This document shows, one piece after another, positions 19,708 to 31,500 of a stretch of 64,000 nucleotides of DNA (position 1 is the stretch's first letter; each line of letters starts with the position of its first letter). Origin of the DNA: Thermoproteota archaeon (GTDB lineage: Archaea > Asgardarchaeota > Njordarchaeia > Njordarchaeales > Panguiarchaeaceae); NCBI GenBank assembly GCA_024720975.1, contig JANJXX010000003.1:85543-149542 (forward strand), written 5' to 3'. Made by a program: the position numbers and the translations under genes. The notes below the pieces were generated by a model. The model searched no databases, had not been told where the DNA came from, and saw only the letters and a program-made list of their open reading frames with translations.

Positions 19708-20025
19708 AAGCCTTCACCCTTAGTGCTTTTCTCTTCCCGATCATTTAAGTAAATCAATTTGTCAACGGTCCTCCCATGTACACGCACATGATATGCGGAA
19801 TATGTGACTAAAAAATCGTTCAGAATGATTTAATGTGCAGAAGACTCATAGCAACTTAGTCTCTAGCGGTTTAATATTTAAAAAGATTTTTAATATTTGT
19901 ATTCGAATCAACAGTCGTCTAAATCTTGCTAGATCAACTGATAGATGTTTTTGAAAATTTTAAACGCCCTGAATTCCGATGCCATATGCACGAATAAGCA
20001 AGCACGGCGGGGAGAGTGATCCCCC

Positions 20026-20931
20026 TTGGAGCTTTCAGTTATAATTCCGACGCTTAATGAGGAAAAAAACATAGGTTATGTGCTCTACAAGATACCTAAG
20101 CAAGTCTGGGAGATGGGAGAAGTCATTGTTGTTGATTCGTCAAGAGACAAAACTCCAGTTATAGCACAAAAGTTCGGTGCAAAAGTAGTGAGAACGCCTC
20201 CTAAAGGTAAGGGTCATGCCATGAAAATTGGAGCTCAGGAGGCTAGCGGGGATATTCTAGTATTCATGGATGGAGATAGAACAGATCCTCCCGAATACAT
20301 ACCACTAGCGGCTGAAGCTGCTAATGAATACGATGTTGTGATCTGCGCTAGAAATCCTGATCACAAACGAGGTAGCTATCGATACAGGTTATTTTCATAC
20401 GTTTATATGCCCCCGCTCTGCAGGCTATTTCGCGAAATAGGCTTTGAAATACGAGGCGATCCTCTTGCCGGTTTCAGAGCTATGAGAAAAAGTATCTGGA
20501 ATAAACTCAAACTGAGATCTAACAACTTTCTCATCGAAACTGAAATGAATATCAAGATTTTGCTCCTTGGATTAAGCGTTCTAGAAATACCTATACCGAC
20601 TTTGCCGAGAGGCAATGGTATCCTAAAAAGCAAATTCATCAGAAGCTTCGACCAGCAGATGCAGATCATAAGAACTCTTCTCTATCTTAAGAACTCAAAC
20701 ATTTTGCCCAGATTGAGCCGAGCCAAATTTACGTTCTTAAGTGAGGAACTCCTGAATACGTTCAATGAGGAAGAACGCCTAATAATCGAAGAGGCACTTC
20801 TAGGAAGGCTAAGAGCGCATATATTCTGCTCCAAACTACCAACTCCATCAGGCTATGGTGGATACTATGGAGACTTCCTCATAAATTACATTAACTTTCA
20901 AGGATTCAATCAAAGATTGAAGATTTGCTAA
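20026..20931 (+). CDS. GT2 glycosyltransferase (DPM-synthase-like)
   Basis: 'SVIIPTLNEE', 'VVD.S.D.T', 'GKG', 'FMDGD', 'D..AGFR' motifs. Confidence 0.9.
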   Translation: MELSVIIPTLNEEKNIGYVLYKIPKQVWEMGEVIVVDSSRDKTPVIAQKFGAKVVRTPPKGKGHAMKIGAQEASGDILVFMDGDRTDPPEYIPLAAEAANEYDVVICARNPDHKRGSYRYRLFSYVYMPPLCRLFREIGFEIRGDPLAGFRAMRKSIWNKLKLRSNNFLIETEMNIKILLLGLSVLEIPIPTLPRGNGILKSKFIRSFDQQMQIIRTLLYLKNSNILPRLSRAKFTFLSEELLNTFNEEERLIIEEALLGRLRAHIFCSKLPTPSGYGGYYGDFLINYINFQGFNQRLKIC

Positions 20932-20959
20932 GTTAGAAGCATCTAATTGCTACCACTCT

Positions 20960-21655
20960 TTATGCATCCAAAATTTTCTCCAACTGTTTTGTAGACGACT
21001 TCTCATCGCTTCTCATAGCCATATACATGATTCCTATGATAAGCCATATTGTTGCAAGATCTGCAATAAGGCTATTATTACCAATAGTATTAATGAACAT
21101 CTCAGAGAAGAATATTATAGCGGCAATTAATATTAGTTTTCCAAAGAAACATGGAATGATACTCCTGAGAAATCCAAATCTAGCAAACCCCAGTGGCACC
21201 AAGATTACATCATCTGGTATTGGAGTCATAGCCGCAAAAAATACGGCCGAGCAAACTTTCCATTTGTTTCTTTCTAGCACTTTTCTCAATTTTAAGTAGA
21301 ATGCTTCATGTTTCTCTGTAATCTTCCTTCCTAGAGCGCCTAAGACATAACTAGACATCTCCCCAATGGCCGCTGCTGACGCCGCTACAATTGCAAGAAT
21401 CACTAAGTTTACGCTCGATTGAGCAGCATACATTAATACGAGAGGATAGGGGATTACTATAAGCACACTAGCATTGCTTATGATTGTTACGATAAAGACA
21501 ATTAAATAAATTGTCATTGGGTCTGCAGATTTGATAATGTCTAAAAAGTACTGTGATATTGACATGCCGTGGTACATTGACGGATCATACAGGTTTATGC
21601 CTATTAAAACAAACGAGATAGCGAATCCAATCAGTAGCAATAGATTAGGCTTCAT
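20960..21655 (-). CDS. DedA/VTT-domain membrane protein
   Basis: 'GEMSSYVLG', 'AMTPIPDD', 'GK' motifs; multiple TM segments. Confidence 0.8.
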   Translation of the reverse strand: MKPNLLLLIGFAISFVLIGINLYDPSMYHGMSISQYFLDIIKSADPMTIYLIVFIVTIISNASVLIVIPYPLVLMYAAQSSVNLVILAIVAASAAAIGEMSSYVLGALGRKITEKHEAFYLKLRKVLERNKWKVCSAVFFAAMTPIPDDVILVPLGFARFGFLRSIIPCFFGKLILIAAIIFFSEMFINTIGNNSLIADLATIWLIIGIMYMAMRSDEKSSTKQLEKILDA

Positions 21656-21862
21656 TCAATTCACTTTGATATTTTGGAACAAAGATTTAAAACACTTCTA
21701 GTAGAAAGTTTTCACTATGCACATTTTAAGTCTCTAGTGATTCTTACTTTAAAAAATTTAAAAACTATGGCTTAATCACTGGATCATTTTGGTGGCTTAA
21801 TTACCCTAATTAAAGAAGAACCTCAGAAATAAAAGTTAGTAATAGGCTTGATGCTCTAAATT

Positions 21863-24055
21863 TTATAACCACAACAATACAAACAACGCACCAAAGACTA
21901 TAGCGACGTTATTGACCAGTTTTAGGACTATATGTATACTTGGACCTGCCGTATCCTTTAAAGGATCACCAACGGTATCGCCTACAACAGCTGCTTTGTG
22001 CGTGTCTGTGCCCTTCATACCTAACCTCTCTAGGTATTTCTTGGCATTATCCATTGCCGCACCTCCTGTGTTCATAAAGAAGGCTAGGGCTATTCCAGAC
22101 ACTGTAACACCTAAAAGAAATCCTCCCACCGCAGTATAACCCAATGCAATGCCAACTGCTATTGGTGCAGCAAGAGATAGTAAGCTAGGTATTACCATAC
22201 TCTTTTGCGCAGCCTTGGTTGTTATATCAACAACTTTCGCGTAATCAGGTTTTTCCTTCCACTCGAGTATTCCGGGTTTTTCTCTAAATTGTCTTCTGAC
22301 TTCATTAATAATCTCTCCTGCAGCCGAACCTACCGCCCTGATTGCAAATGCAGAAAACACAAATGGCAGTATAGCACCTAACATTAGACCTATTATTATT
22401 GCAGGCTCAGCCAAATTTAGAACAATATTTTGACCATACTGTACGATTTGACCTGTGAATTCATGAAGCGCTTTGACGATAACCTCTAAATATGCTTGAA
22501 ACAGTAGTAAAGCAGCCATAGCGGCACTTCCCATAGCGAAGCCTTTAGCTAGAGCTTTTGTAGTATTCCCTGCAGCATCCAGAACATCAGCGGTCTTTCC
22601 GACTTCCTCCTCAATACCCGACATTTCTATTATACCACCTGCATTGTCAGCTATAGGACCGTAGCCATCCATTGCTAGTATAATACCTGTCAGCGAAAGC
22701 ATTCCTATTGTAGCTGCTACAGTTCCATAAATCCCTCCCAAGAATTTAGGATCAAAGAATGCTATACCCTCTTGCACCTTGAGTGGGTAAACCTCCGCGA
22801 ATTTCTGACCAAGAATGTATGCAAATATCAATGCCATAGCTACAATCACCACTGGCAGGCCTGTTGACTCCATACCAACTGATAATCCCATGTGTATATC
22901 CGTTGCTGGACCTGTCTCTGCCGCTTTAGCTATTCTTTTCACTGGAATGTGCTCGCCAGTGTAATACTCCGTGATAACTTCTATTGCTAATGCCGCCAAC
23001 AGACCAGCGAGTGATGCTATATATAGGTATATACCCGCACTCCCAAACATGTAGATCATAATGAAGTAAAACATCACCGATATAATTAATACGGACGCTA
23101 TCAGACCATTTCTAAGCGATACTAATGGATTTATGAGTTCGTCCTTAGACTTTGGCTCTTTGGGTCTAACAAATAATGCACCACCTAGCGTAGCTAATAA
23201 GCCAAATGCTCTTGCCACTATGGGGAATAGTATGAAGTATACCTGTTTTGTTAGTAAAAATAGTGATGCTCCTATTATCATCGAACCTATGTTCTCTGCG
23301 GATATAGACTCAAAGAGGTCAGCACCGCGTCCGGCACAATCACCAACATTATCTCCCACGTTGTCGGCTATTGTTGCCGGGTTCCTCGGATCATCTTCTG
23401 GAATTCCAACCTCGACCTTTCCGACTAAGTCAGCTCCAACATCAGCGCCTTTCGTATAGATACCTCCTCCTAGCTGCGCGAACAAGGCTGCAAGGCTCGC
23501 TCCAAATCCAAATCCCATTATTAGTTCCGGCACCTTGTCAAGCTTACCGAATGCTGCCCAGTATCCAAAGAATAGTATTGCAATTCCGAGTAAACTCATA
23601 CTCACGACCATTAATCCTAGGACTAGCCCACCGTAAAAGGCTATTTTTAAGGGCTTTGCCTGAGATCCTCTGGCCGCTTGAGCTACTTTCACATTTGCTA
23701 GGGTTGCAACATCCATTGAAAGCCATCCTGCTAGGAGTGAGAATATTGCTCCTAGAAGAAAGGAAAATGATATGTAAGGTATTCCCGTATATATCTTTAG
23801 GTCTATTGCTAGATACACTATTAGAGCTATAACTATAGAGATCATCAGAACCGTTCGGTACTGTCGCTTTAGGTAAGCTTCGGAACCTTCTCTGATCGCC
23901 CTGTGAACTAGTATCATTCTCTCTGTGCCAGACGGCAGGGAGATTATGTACTTTCGCAAATATAAAGCTACTAATACTCCAACAACAGCAGACACAAATA
24001 TTATTATGGAGAATGGATTCAGTAAGACGTCATGTAAATTGATCGAGTCAGTCAT
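21863..24055 (-). CDS. hppA: Membrane-bound pyrophosphatase (K+-independent H+-PPase signature)
   Basis: GGGIYTKGADVGADLVGKVE, DNVGDNVGD, EYYT, GPIADNAGG, GNTTKA, GDTVGDPLKD motifs. Confidence 0.96.
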   Translation of the reverse strand: MTDSINLHDVLLNPFSIIIFVSAVVGVLVALYLRKYIISLPSGTERMILVHRAIREGSEAYLKRQYRTVLMISIVIALIVYLAIDLKIYTGIPYISFSFLLGAIFSLLAGWLSMDVATLANVKVAQAARGSQAKPLKIAFYGGLVLGLMVVSMSLLGIAILFFGYWAAFGKLDKVPELIMGFGFGASLAALFAQLGGGIYTKGADVGADLVGKVEVGIPEDDPRNPATIADNVGDNVGDCAGRGADLFESISAENIGSMIIGASLFLLTKQVYFILFPIVARAFGLLATLGGALFVRPKEPKSKDELINPLVSLRNGLIASVLIISVMFYFIMIYMFGSAGIYLYIASLAGLLAALAIEVITEYYTGEHIPVKRIAKAAETGPATDIHMGLSVGMESTGLPVVIVAMALIFAYILGQKFAEVYPLKVQEGIAFFDPKFLGGIYGTVAATIGMLSLTGIILAMDGYGPIADNAGGIIEMSGIEEEVGKTADVLDAAGNTTKALAKGFAMGSAAMAALLLFQAYLEVIVKALHEFTGQIVQYGQNIVLNLAEPAIIIGLMLGAILPFVFSAFAIRAVGSAAGEIINEVRRQFREKPGILEWKEKPDYAKVVDITTKAAQKSMVIPSLLSLAAPIAVGIALGYTAVGGFLLGVTVSGIALAFFMNTGGAAMDNAKKYLERLGMKGTDTHKAAVVGDTVGDPLKDTAGPSIHIVLKLVNNVAIVFGALFVLLWL

Positions 24056-24249
24056 TCAGGACCCCCCACATAAGTCGACGATTTCATGAAATAGCTACTT
24101 AAATGCCGAATTTTAAGTGATTAGAATTTTAACGCGAACTCAATGCAGAGATCACTAGAAGCGATATTGATTATAGAAATATTCACTAAATTTTAAAGCT
24201 GTAAAATTCGTCATTGTTAGTACTGTCTTCACAATGATTAATTGTATAG

Positions 24250-25704
24250 ATGACTAATTTGGTAAAAGAACAGCTGGGATCAACTAAGGAGATATTCACT
24301 GTAATTTCTATCGCAACACTAGCCAATTTTCTAACTGGCTTTAATGCTCGACTTGCCATAGTTGGCTTGCCTACTATTATGTATGAATTAAGTGCTGATG
24401 TGTTCCAGCTGATATGGGTAATTCAGGGATTCATGCTTGGTTCAACTGCCATTCAGCTCATAGTTGGCAAATTAGCAGATCAATTTGGAAGAGTGAAGTT
24501 ATTCAACTTCGGAATACTAGTCTTTAGCCTGGGGACTTTAGCTGCAGGCTTAAGCACTAACCCACTTTCTCTGATAATTTCTAGAATTATTCAGGGTATT
24601 GGAGGAGCATTTTTAATATCTCTGACTGTAACTATCTTAGCAGATAGTGTTTCGCCGAGCAGGCTTGCTACTTGGCTTGGCTTGAGTCAAGTTGCATGGA
24701 GAGCTGGAGCTCTAATGGGATTAACAATAAGCGGGTTCATAATAGACTATCTCGGCTGGAGATGGATTTTCTTGATACAATTACCTCTGGGTCTGTTTGC
24801 ATTGACTTGGAGCCTTTTAAAACTTAGAGAAAGGTACAAGCCCTCTGAAAAACCTTTTATAGACCTCATCGGATTCATCTCATTCACTGTAGCTATAGTT
24901 TCAATACTCCTTGGTCTGACTTTTCATGGATATGGCCTCTTAGAAGAATCGCTTTACATTCTACTTCTCGGATTAGCCGTCATGGCATTCTTCATAATTT
25001 GGGAACTTAAGTCAAAGCATCCAGCATTGGATTTAAGAGTCTTCAAGATATGGCAATTCAGTGGTGGTATAGTATCACAACTACTTTATTCTATAGGATT
25101 TGGTGCATCATTGACACTACTTGCTATATATCTTCAATCTGTAGATGGGTTTACTCCATCACAAACAGGACTACTACTGATACCATTTGAGCTTACCTTT
25201 CTCGTGTTTGGACTTATTGGCGGTAGACTTGCAGACGCCATCGGTTTTGCCCCCGTGGCAGCCACAGGCCTTGCCATTGGATCTATTGCACTCTACAAAT
25301 TATCAACAATGAATACACTAACAGAAATACTCCTTGGGGAATTTCTACTCGGAGCTGGAACTGGCCTCTTTGTATCACCAAACACGGGCTCTATAATGAA
25401 TTCTGTGCCACCACACAGAAGAGGAGTAGCCTCTTCACTCAGGACAGTATCATTTCAGATTGGTTTCATCGCTAGCCTAAACATAGCTATTCTCTCTATG
25501 ACTCAGATTCTACCTTATGAAGTTGTCTCAGCACTAATAACACATAGACATACAACCGGATTGAACAACAATCTTGGAGTTGAAATATGTAAATTATCAG
25601 GCGCTATCAAGCATTCACTTGGAATTCAAGCATTTATAATGGCACTTGGAATACCATTCACGATATCCAGACTTACTCTAAAGCGCAAAAACGTAGGTAA
25701 ATAG
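24250..25704 (+). CDS. MFS transporter, DHA2 (14-TM drug:H+ antiporter) type
   Basis: 'GKLADQFGR', 'RIIQGIGGA', 'GWRWIFLI', 'P.LDL' motifs. Confidence 0.9.
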   Translation: MTNLVKEQLGSTKEIFTVISIATLANFLTGFNARLAIVGLPTIMYELSADVFQLIWVIQGFMLGSTAIQLIVGKLADQFGRVKLFNFGILVFSLGTLAAGLSTNPLSLIISRIIQGIGGAFLISLTVTILADSVSPSRLATWLGLSQVAWRAGALMGLTISGFIIDYLGWRWIFLIQLPLGLFALTWSLLKLRERYKPSEKPFIDLIGFISFTVAIVSILLGLTFHGYGLLEESLYILLLGLAVMAFFIIWELKSKHPALDLRVFKIWQFSGGIVSQLLYSIGFGASLTLLAIYLQSVDGFTPSQTGLLLIPFELTFLVFGLIGGRLADAIGFAPVAATGLAIGSIALYKLSTMNTLTEILLGEFLLGAGTGLFVSPNTGSIMNSVPPHRRGVASSLRTVSFQIGFIASLNIAILSMTQILPYEVVSALITHRHTTGLNNNLGVEICKLSGAIKHSLGIQAFIMALGIPFTISRLTLKRKNVGK

Positions 25705-25781
25705 ATAGTTAAAGTCTTACTCTTTATGCTAATTACAATTATTAGATAATGCACCTCTAACTCGTTATATCACTACTATGA

Positions 25782-26663
25782 GTGTTCAAGGAGAGACAAA
25801 TGAGAGAACGACTTTCGAGTGAGTTCGTAATTGGACTACTTTACACGATACTGATTGGTCTCATTACTATTTTCATGCTATATGTTCCAGCTATTTGGAT
25901 CGCTAGTAGCTTTCTTATAACTGTTATAATTTTTGTATCACGTTTCTTAGCTGGATTTGGATTGCTCGGACTTATATTTACAGCCATACTTTACATACTG
26001 AAATACATCCCGAAGGATTACAGAAAAAAGAAGACGACCTTGGTACTCGTCCGTTTTATACTTTGCTTGTCGTTAATAGCCTCGATAATTCTACCACTTT
26101 GGGGTTTGATTCCGATTGCTATAGGTGATGCGCATATATCACTGCCCAGCGTACTCTATGGTTTAACCTCCTTCGTAATAACAATGTACCTAGTTCCATT
26201 GTGGCGCGAGAGAAAATTGCCAGAGGAGGAAAGAGGCTTCATTGAGTCTATAAGAGCAACTTTCGGTAGATTTTTGAGAAAAGTGAAGAAAGGTTACTAC
26301 TATTACTTTTCGAAGGATTATATAAAAGCATTTTCAGTCGATTTCATATATCTAAAAACGCAGATAGATTCTAAACGCACTCGACTCGGAAAGCTTTTCT
26401 TTCCGCTGGTAATAGCAGCAACTGCTTACTGCCCCCCAGCTCTGGCCATTGGACTAGTGTATATTGCAAGACTTCGCAGGGAATTAATACGTATTGTCGA
26501 CAATGTAGCACTTAGCATAATGCTTCTAGTCTCTCTTGTCGCACCGATGATAGTGTTATCAGTCACGGGTTATGTCCTAATCTGGAATCTAGCATACTTT
26601 TTAGGTAGCGCACTGGCAGCAATGACTTTTGGTCCCACTGTTATCGACTTAATCAGAGGCTAA
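25782..26663 (+). CDS. Hypothetical polytopic membrane protein
   Basis: Several TM segments with a basic central loop. Confidence 0.65.
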   Translation: MFKERQMRERLSSEFVIGLLYTILIGLITIFMLYVPAIWIASSFLITVIIFVSRFLAGFGLLGLIFTAILYILKYIPKDYRKKKTTLVLVRFILCLSLIASIILPLWGLIPIAIGDAHISLPSVLYGLTSFVITMYLVPLWRERKLPEEERGFIESIRATFGRFLRKVKKGYYYYFSKDYIKAFSVDFIYLKTQIDSKRTRLGKLFFPLVIAATAYCPPALAIGLVYIARLRRELIRIVDNVALSIMLLVSLVAPMIVLSVTGYVLIWNLAYFLGSALAAMTFGPTVIDLIRG

Positions 26664-26794
26664 TTAGGGAAAGATTTTAACTCAGAGACACTAAAAGCTT
26701 AATACAGAATTGCTAATGGAAACTCGGTTACGGACAAGATTCAATCTAGTAACCATTCATTAATATGAGAATGTCTCTATCTCGACGGCGAAAC

Positions 26795-27472
26795 TTAGAT
26801 TGCGTCTGGAAGGCTTAGTAATACTCCTAGCAAATCCAATAACATAAGGAATATTCCTCCTCCAAGTAAAACAAACGAGAGTACTGATACAAAAAGATAC
26901 ACGCGAGCTATCAGAATTAGCCCTAGTGACAACAAAATTCTCGATGGGAAAGTTCCAAGGAAAGTGCGTCTGGCATCTACTAGTAGATACTCCTGGAGTT
27001 CATTTTTACCTTTTAGAATTTTTCTAAGGAGGTTTTCTGCTCTCTCCAGGTATTTTTCTTCAGAGTAAAATACATAAACTTCAGCTATGTGACCCTGATT
27101 TATATCTTTGGTGCTATTTAGCAGCTTCCTATGATAATCTTGAACAACTATTAGTAGTCTCTTCACTAGATTCATGCTCGACACATACTCTAACAACAAG
27201 CCAGAAGCTATTACGCCTAGGCCTATTGTTAGTGCACTTTCGTAGTCTAGGACTAAACCCACTAGATCTAGAGTTAAGACGATGAGAATTATTACTAGGA
27301 CTATTCCAGTGTACCGCTTTAGCTTATGCATTAGGGTATTAATGTCTTCTAGTTCCGTTTCTGAAATCACTAGATAACCGCGCAACTCGTCTACTTTCAC
27401 TTTTGCTATACGAAGTGATAACTCGGACTCAGAGTTCAAATTCTCCTTCGTACAGAACCCCCCGCTTTCCAC
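26795..27472 (-). CDS. Hypothetical membrane protein (two TM hairpins)
   Basis: Four hydrophobic segments; start uncertain because of a 44-nt overlap with the upstream ORF. Confidence 0.6.
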   Translation of the reverse strand: MESGGFCTKENLNSESELSLRIAKVKVDELRGYLVISETELEDINTLMHKLKRYTGIVLVIILIVLTLDLVGLVLDYESALTIGLGVIASGLLLEYVSSMNLVKRLLIVVQDYHRKLLNSTKDINQGHIAEVYVFYSEEKYLERAENLLRKILKGKNELQEYLLVDARRTFLGTFPSRILLSLGLILIARVYLFVSVLSFVLLGGGIFLMLLDLLGVLLSLPDAI

Positions 27473-27788
27473 GGTGGTAATATTCTAATTTTAGCATGCA
27501 TTTTTGGGAATTGAAAAGCTCTCGATAATAATAACGATTGATCTTGATGCGAAATTCCAAATTCGCCAGACATTGAACGCAAATTTTTTTAATTGCTTTG
27601 ACTTGGAGGAATATGCTCAGCATCTTCTTATCTGTATCTACTTGCTCACGGAGGTCAATTGTGTGACAGGGATTTGCAACATTAATGAAACCCCTAATAA
27701 CTGTAAGACCGCCTATTGTCTCTAATGTTACCTGTTCTTGCACTGTTCCACACTTACTCGATAGGATTTCAAAGACGATACCACTCAT
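27429..27788 (-). CDS. Small hypothetical beta-protein with NPC...CxQC motifs (PrcB-C-like?)
   Basis: GGGGT SD before ATG; 'ANPCH' and 'ICVQC' motifs. Confidence 0.6.
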   Translation of the reverse strand: MSGIVFEILSSKCGTVQEQVTLETIGGLTVIRGFINVANPCHTIDLREQVDTDKKMLSIFLQVKAIKKICVQCLANLEFRIKINRYYYRELFNSQKCMLKLEYYHRGKRGVLYEGEFEL

Positions 27789-27897
27789 ATGAAACCCCAG
27801 CGAAGCAGCACATAATAGCTAAACGGAAAAATTAATAAATATGTGATACTTATGCACCTGATACATCTTTAAATACTCACTGACCTTATATGTAATT

Positions 27898-28413
27898 TTG
27901 GGTGAGCTTGTGTTAAGGTTCTCTTATGATGAGTTGAAGTCATTCTTAACCGGAGCGAGGAAGGTCTCTATATTGGCTGTTGGTAACCTATTAAGAGGAG
28001 ACGATGGCGTAGGTATAGTTGTGGGAAATATGATAAGAAATAGCGCTCCCGTGGATGTATATATATGTGAAACAACACCAGAAAATTACCTGTACCGAAT
28101 AGTCTCCGGAAATTATACGCACGTTATAATTATTGACTCTGCCATGGCAAATGCTAGTCCTGGTGACGTATTTTTTATTGATCACAATAAATTAGTGGAA
28201 ACTACGATATCTACTCATGGCATTCCACTTTCTCTCATTGTTGAGTTTCTAGAGATGAACAATATTAGAGTCCTGGTAATTGGCATACAACCGGAGGATA
28301 CTTCTATCAGAGAAGGCTTGTCTGAGGCTGTTAGGAGGGCTGCAGTAAATCTGTCTCAAGTACTGATCAAAGCTTTTAATGAAGTTCTCAGCAAAGACCA
28401 AATCTCATCATGA
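27898..28413 (+). CDS. hycI: Hydrogenase maturation protease (HycI-type)
   Basis: 'VGNLLRGDDGVG', 'ETTPEN', 'IID', 'STHGIPL', 'IGIQP' motifs. Confidence 0.92.
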   Translation: MGELVLRFSYDELKSFLTGARKVSILAVGNLLRGDDGVGIVVGNMIRNSAPVDVYICETTPENYLYRIVSGNYTHVIIIDSAMANASPGDVFFIDHNKLVETTISTHGIPLSLIVEFLEMNNIRVLVIGIQPEDTSIREGLSEAVRRAAVNLSQVLIKAFNEVLSKDQISS

Positions 28414-28502
28414 ATCAGCGATTCTGGGGCTCATCATAGGAGTAACTCGCTAATAAGATAAATTAATAGATTAAAGTGGGAATAAAAATATTTGGCAACT
28501 AT

Positions 28503-31500
28503 TCAGAGTTTTTGCATTTTGCGCTTCTTAATAAATAACAGTCCCACAAATACTACAGTAACTAAAATCGTTATAATCAGCGATATGAGGAATGGGCCAA
28601 GGATTATTATAGTTACTTTCATTGGCTTCCACAGATAAATGCTTCTTGATGCACTAAAGCCCCCAACACTGGCCCTTATTTCATATTCACCTAAGTCTAG
28701 TCTCTCATATTCTCTTACAATTCCTTGATAAAGGACGATTTTGCACTTTCCTTTTGGCGCATCTAGCTCATAAGTCCTTGAGTCTCTTCCAATTATCGTG
28801 ACTTTAGCGAATTCGGGCTCCCTTAGATCATAGAGAACTTCGATAGTCAAGGTATACAGTATATGTATCTCGGACAGGTCTTCAGCAAATATTGGATACT
28901 CCAACAAGGTATCTATTAGCCAAATTCTCGAAAATCCATCAGCTCCCAGTGTAAAGATTTGTGAGTTGATCACAGTAACGTTGGAGAACATCATTGCTAA
29001 TATCGTTAGATCGATGAGTTCAGACGCATAAGCATCTATTCTATAGCCCATTTGTTCATTGTAAAATTTAGTAACTCCCAGTATATTCTTAAGCTCTACG
29101 TGACCATAAACAAATACATCAACAATTCCAACTTGTGATTTACTGATGTATAGTCTGGTTCCATAGCCTGGATTTAATAGGCGCACAAAGGATGAAGAAA
29201 TTTCCAGGTCGCTTGGGCCTCCTACAATGAGATATAATGATCTTGAATTATTCATCAGGATACTTGAAGACGCATTTATGAGAATTATTGACGCGCTTAA
29301 ATTTTCAAGACTTACTAAAGCTCCATGAACCGTAATGTTGAGCATAGTTATCTCTACTTGACTAACACTTATGTTCCACGGCGCTCTATCAGCTATGTCA
29401 GTTGTTGTTGACTTGGGTAAAGAACCTTCTCCTAGATTTCTTAGAGTTAATCCAAGGTTAACGATGCTGAAGTTTAAACCAATCTTTGATTCATTTATAA
29501 CAATGTCACCACCATATCTCATAGAGACGGAACCCACAGTACTAGACTTGATAATTACTGTTGAGGTATACGATGAAACATCCACTTTATGTACCTTGGA
29601 GTCGCGTAATTCTAATCTCGAGAACTCCCCAACTACAAAGCTCCACCTTGATATTTTTGTATCGATAAATAATCCCCTTGAGAATAGCGGGATGTCTTCT
29701 GGGGCTGATGCTTTGTATAGATATGTTGGTTGAACCCCCTGAGCATAGGCTTCAGTGAAGATTATATATATCGATAACCCTATCTCTGACCCAACTATTG
29801 AGAACTCCGTGAGATAAGGCATGAAATCTCCAATATTTGAGTTTAATAACACGACATCACAAAGAACCAATCGAGCTTTTTCAACGTAACTCGATGATAT
29901 GTATGCCTCCGATCCTTCTGCTAGTATTTCATTTATTCTAGAATTTTCTACGAGAATTTTCGATTCCACTAGGTTCATAGTACGTATTTTGGAATTTCGT
30001 ATGCTTATGTTTGAACGATATGCATCGATGCTTACCTCGAGAATCGTTGTGTTTATTATCCTCAGGTTTTTGGAGATATCCAAGGAAATCGGCTTGTATG
30101 CCCCAACACCATCGATATTTACAACATCCTCGATCTGGGATAATCCAAGATAGAGGCGCGTAGCTGAGTTCCTAATTATCGCTGAGACGTTCGCTCCTCC
30201 TTCAAGATGCACCTCTGAGTATCCATAAACTCTACTATTTTCTAAGATCAACATTCCATTGTAGGCAATTCCTACCGATATCACATCAGACTCGATAATC
30301 TCTAATTCAACGCGTCCATAAATTCCGAGTCCGATTGCATACCAACCAGTTATGGATGTATTAACCAACGTGAGCTTTATTGGTGTTGATGCGTTAACAA
30401 ATTCGCTTAGGGTCGCATTCTCATAGTACCCAGGCCTTAGCTTTAGTCTATAACTACCCTCAAGAAATCCTAGTATTATGTTTGCTGTCGTCTTTGTCAT
30501 AAAAACGTCTGATTCAATAATATATGTGTATATAGACGTAGTTTCATTGAAGGCAACGCTAGAGCCCCAGATTATTGTTATTGACGATAATTTTGAATTG
30601 TATATCACTAGTTTTGATCCGTAAATTCCCATTAAGTCGCTAACTATAACGTTTTTAACTCTCGCTGTGGCATTGGATATGTAAAGTTGCGATAAAAGCG
30701 AATTCTCCACGGTGAATTCTCCTAGAGATAGATCTAAGATCCAAGACCCATGAGAGTTTACAACATTTATTCGCCAACTCTCATCAACATTTAGAACATC
30801 TGAATTCCAACTGGATATGTACCCAGGTTTAAGGTTGCGAATTACGGCATTTTCTTCTGATATTGCTATGTATATTGTGACCACGGATTTATCAATAAAA
30901 ATGTCTGTACCACTTATTGCAGCTACAACACCTCCATAAGATGACAAGATACGTGCTTTAGCAGCATTGCCAAGGCCAGCTACGATATCAAATACCACGC
31001 TATTCAGGTTAATCTCGGCATTTCCAAGGACATAAACAGTGTTCAGAATTGATCTATAAGCATTTGTCTTAGATCCCCCCGATGCAAATATTGTATCAAT
31101 TATTGACTCTACTATATCCACACTGGAATCATGTGTTACACGTACTAGTGACGCCTCAGAGGATTCAATCGATAATCGGCTGTTGTAGAAGAGATATATC
31201 CAGCCTAGGATTGAGCTTTTTACAACTATATTGCTATCGTAAGAAAGTATATCCCAGCCAAGTACATATACATTAGACAGATTTATCGACCAACCACCGC
31301 TTTTAACAAGAATCATATAATGTATATCGCCTGGCTTTAGATTCTCGATCTCCACATTTTCAAGCTTATAAACGAGACCGAACCAGATCATGCTGTCTCT
31401 TGCCAGTATGTTAGCCGAATCATAGACTCTAAGCCAGTATAGAATCTTCGACTTTTCCGAGATTAGTTTAGACGAATTCTCAACATCGATTACCGCAGAT

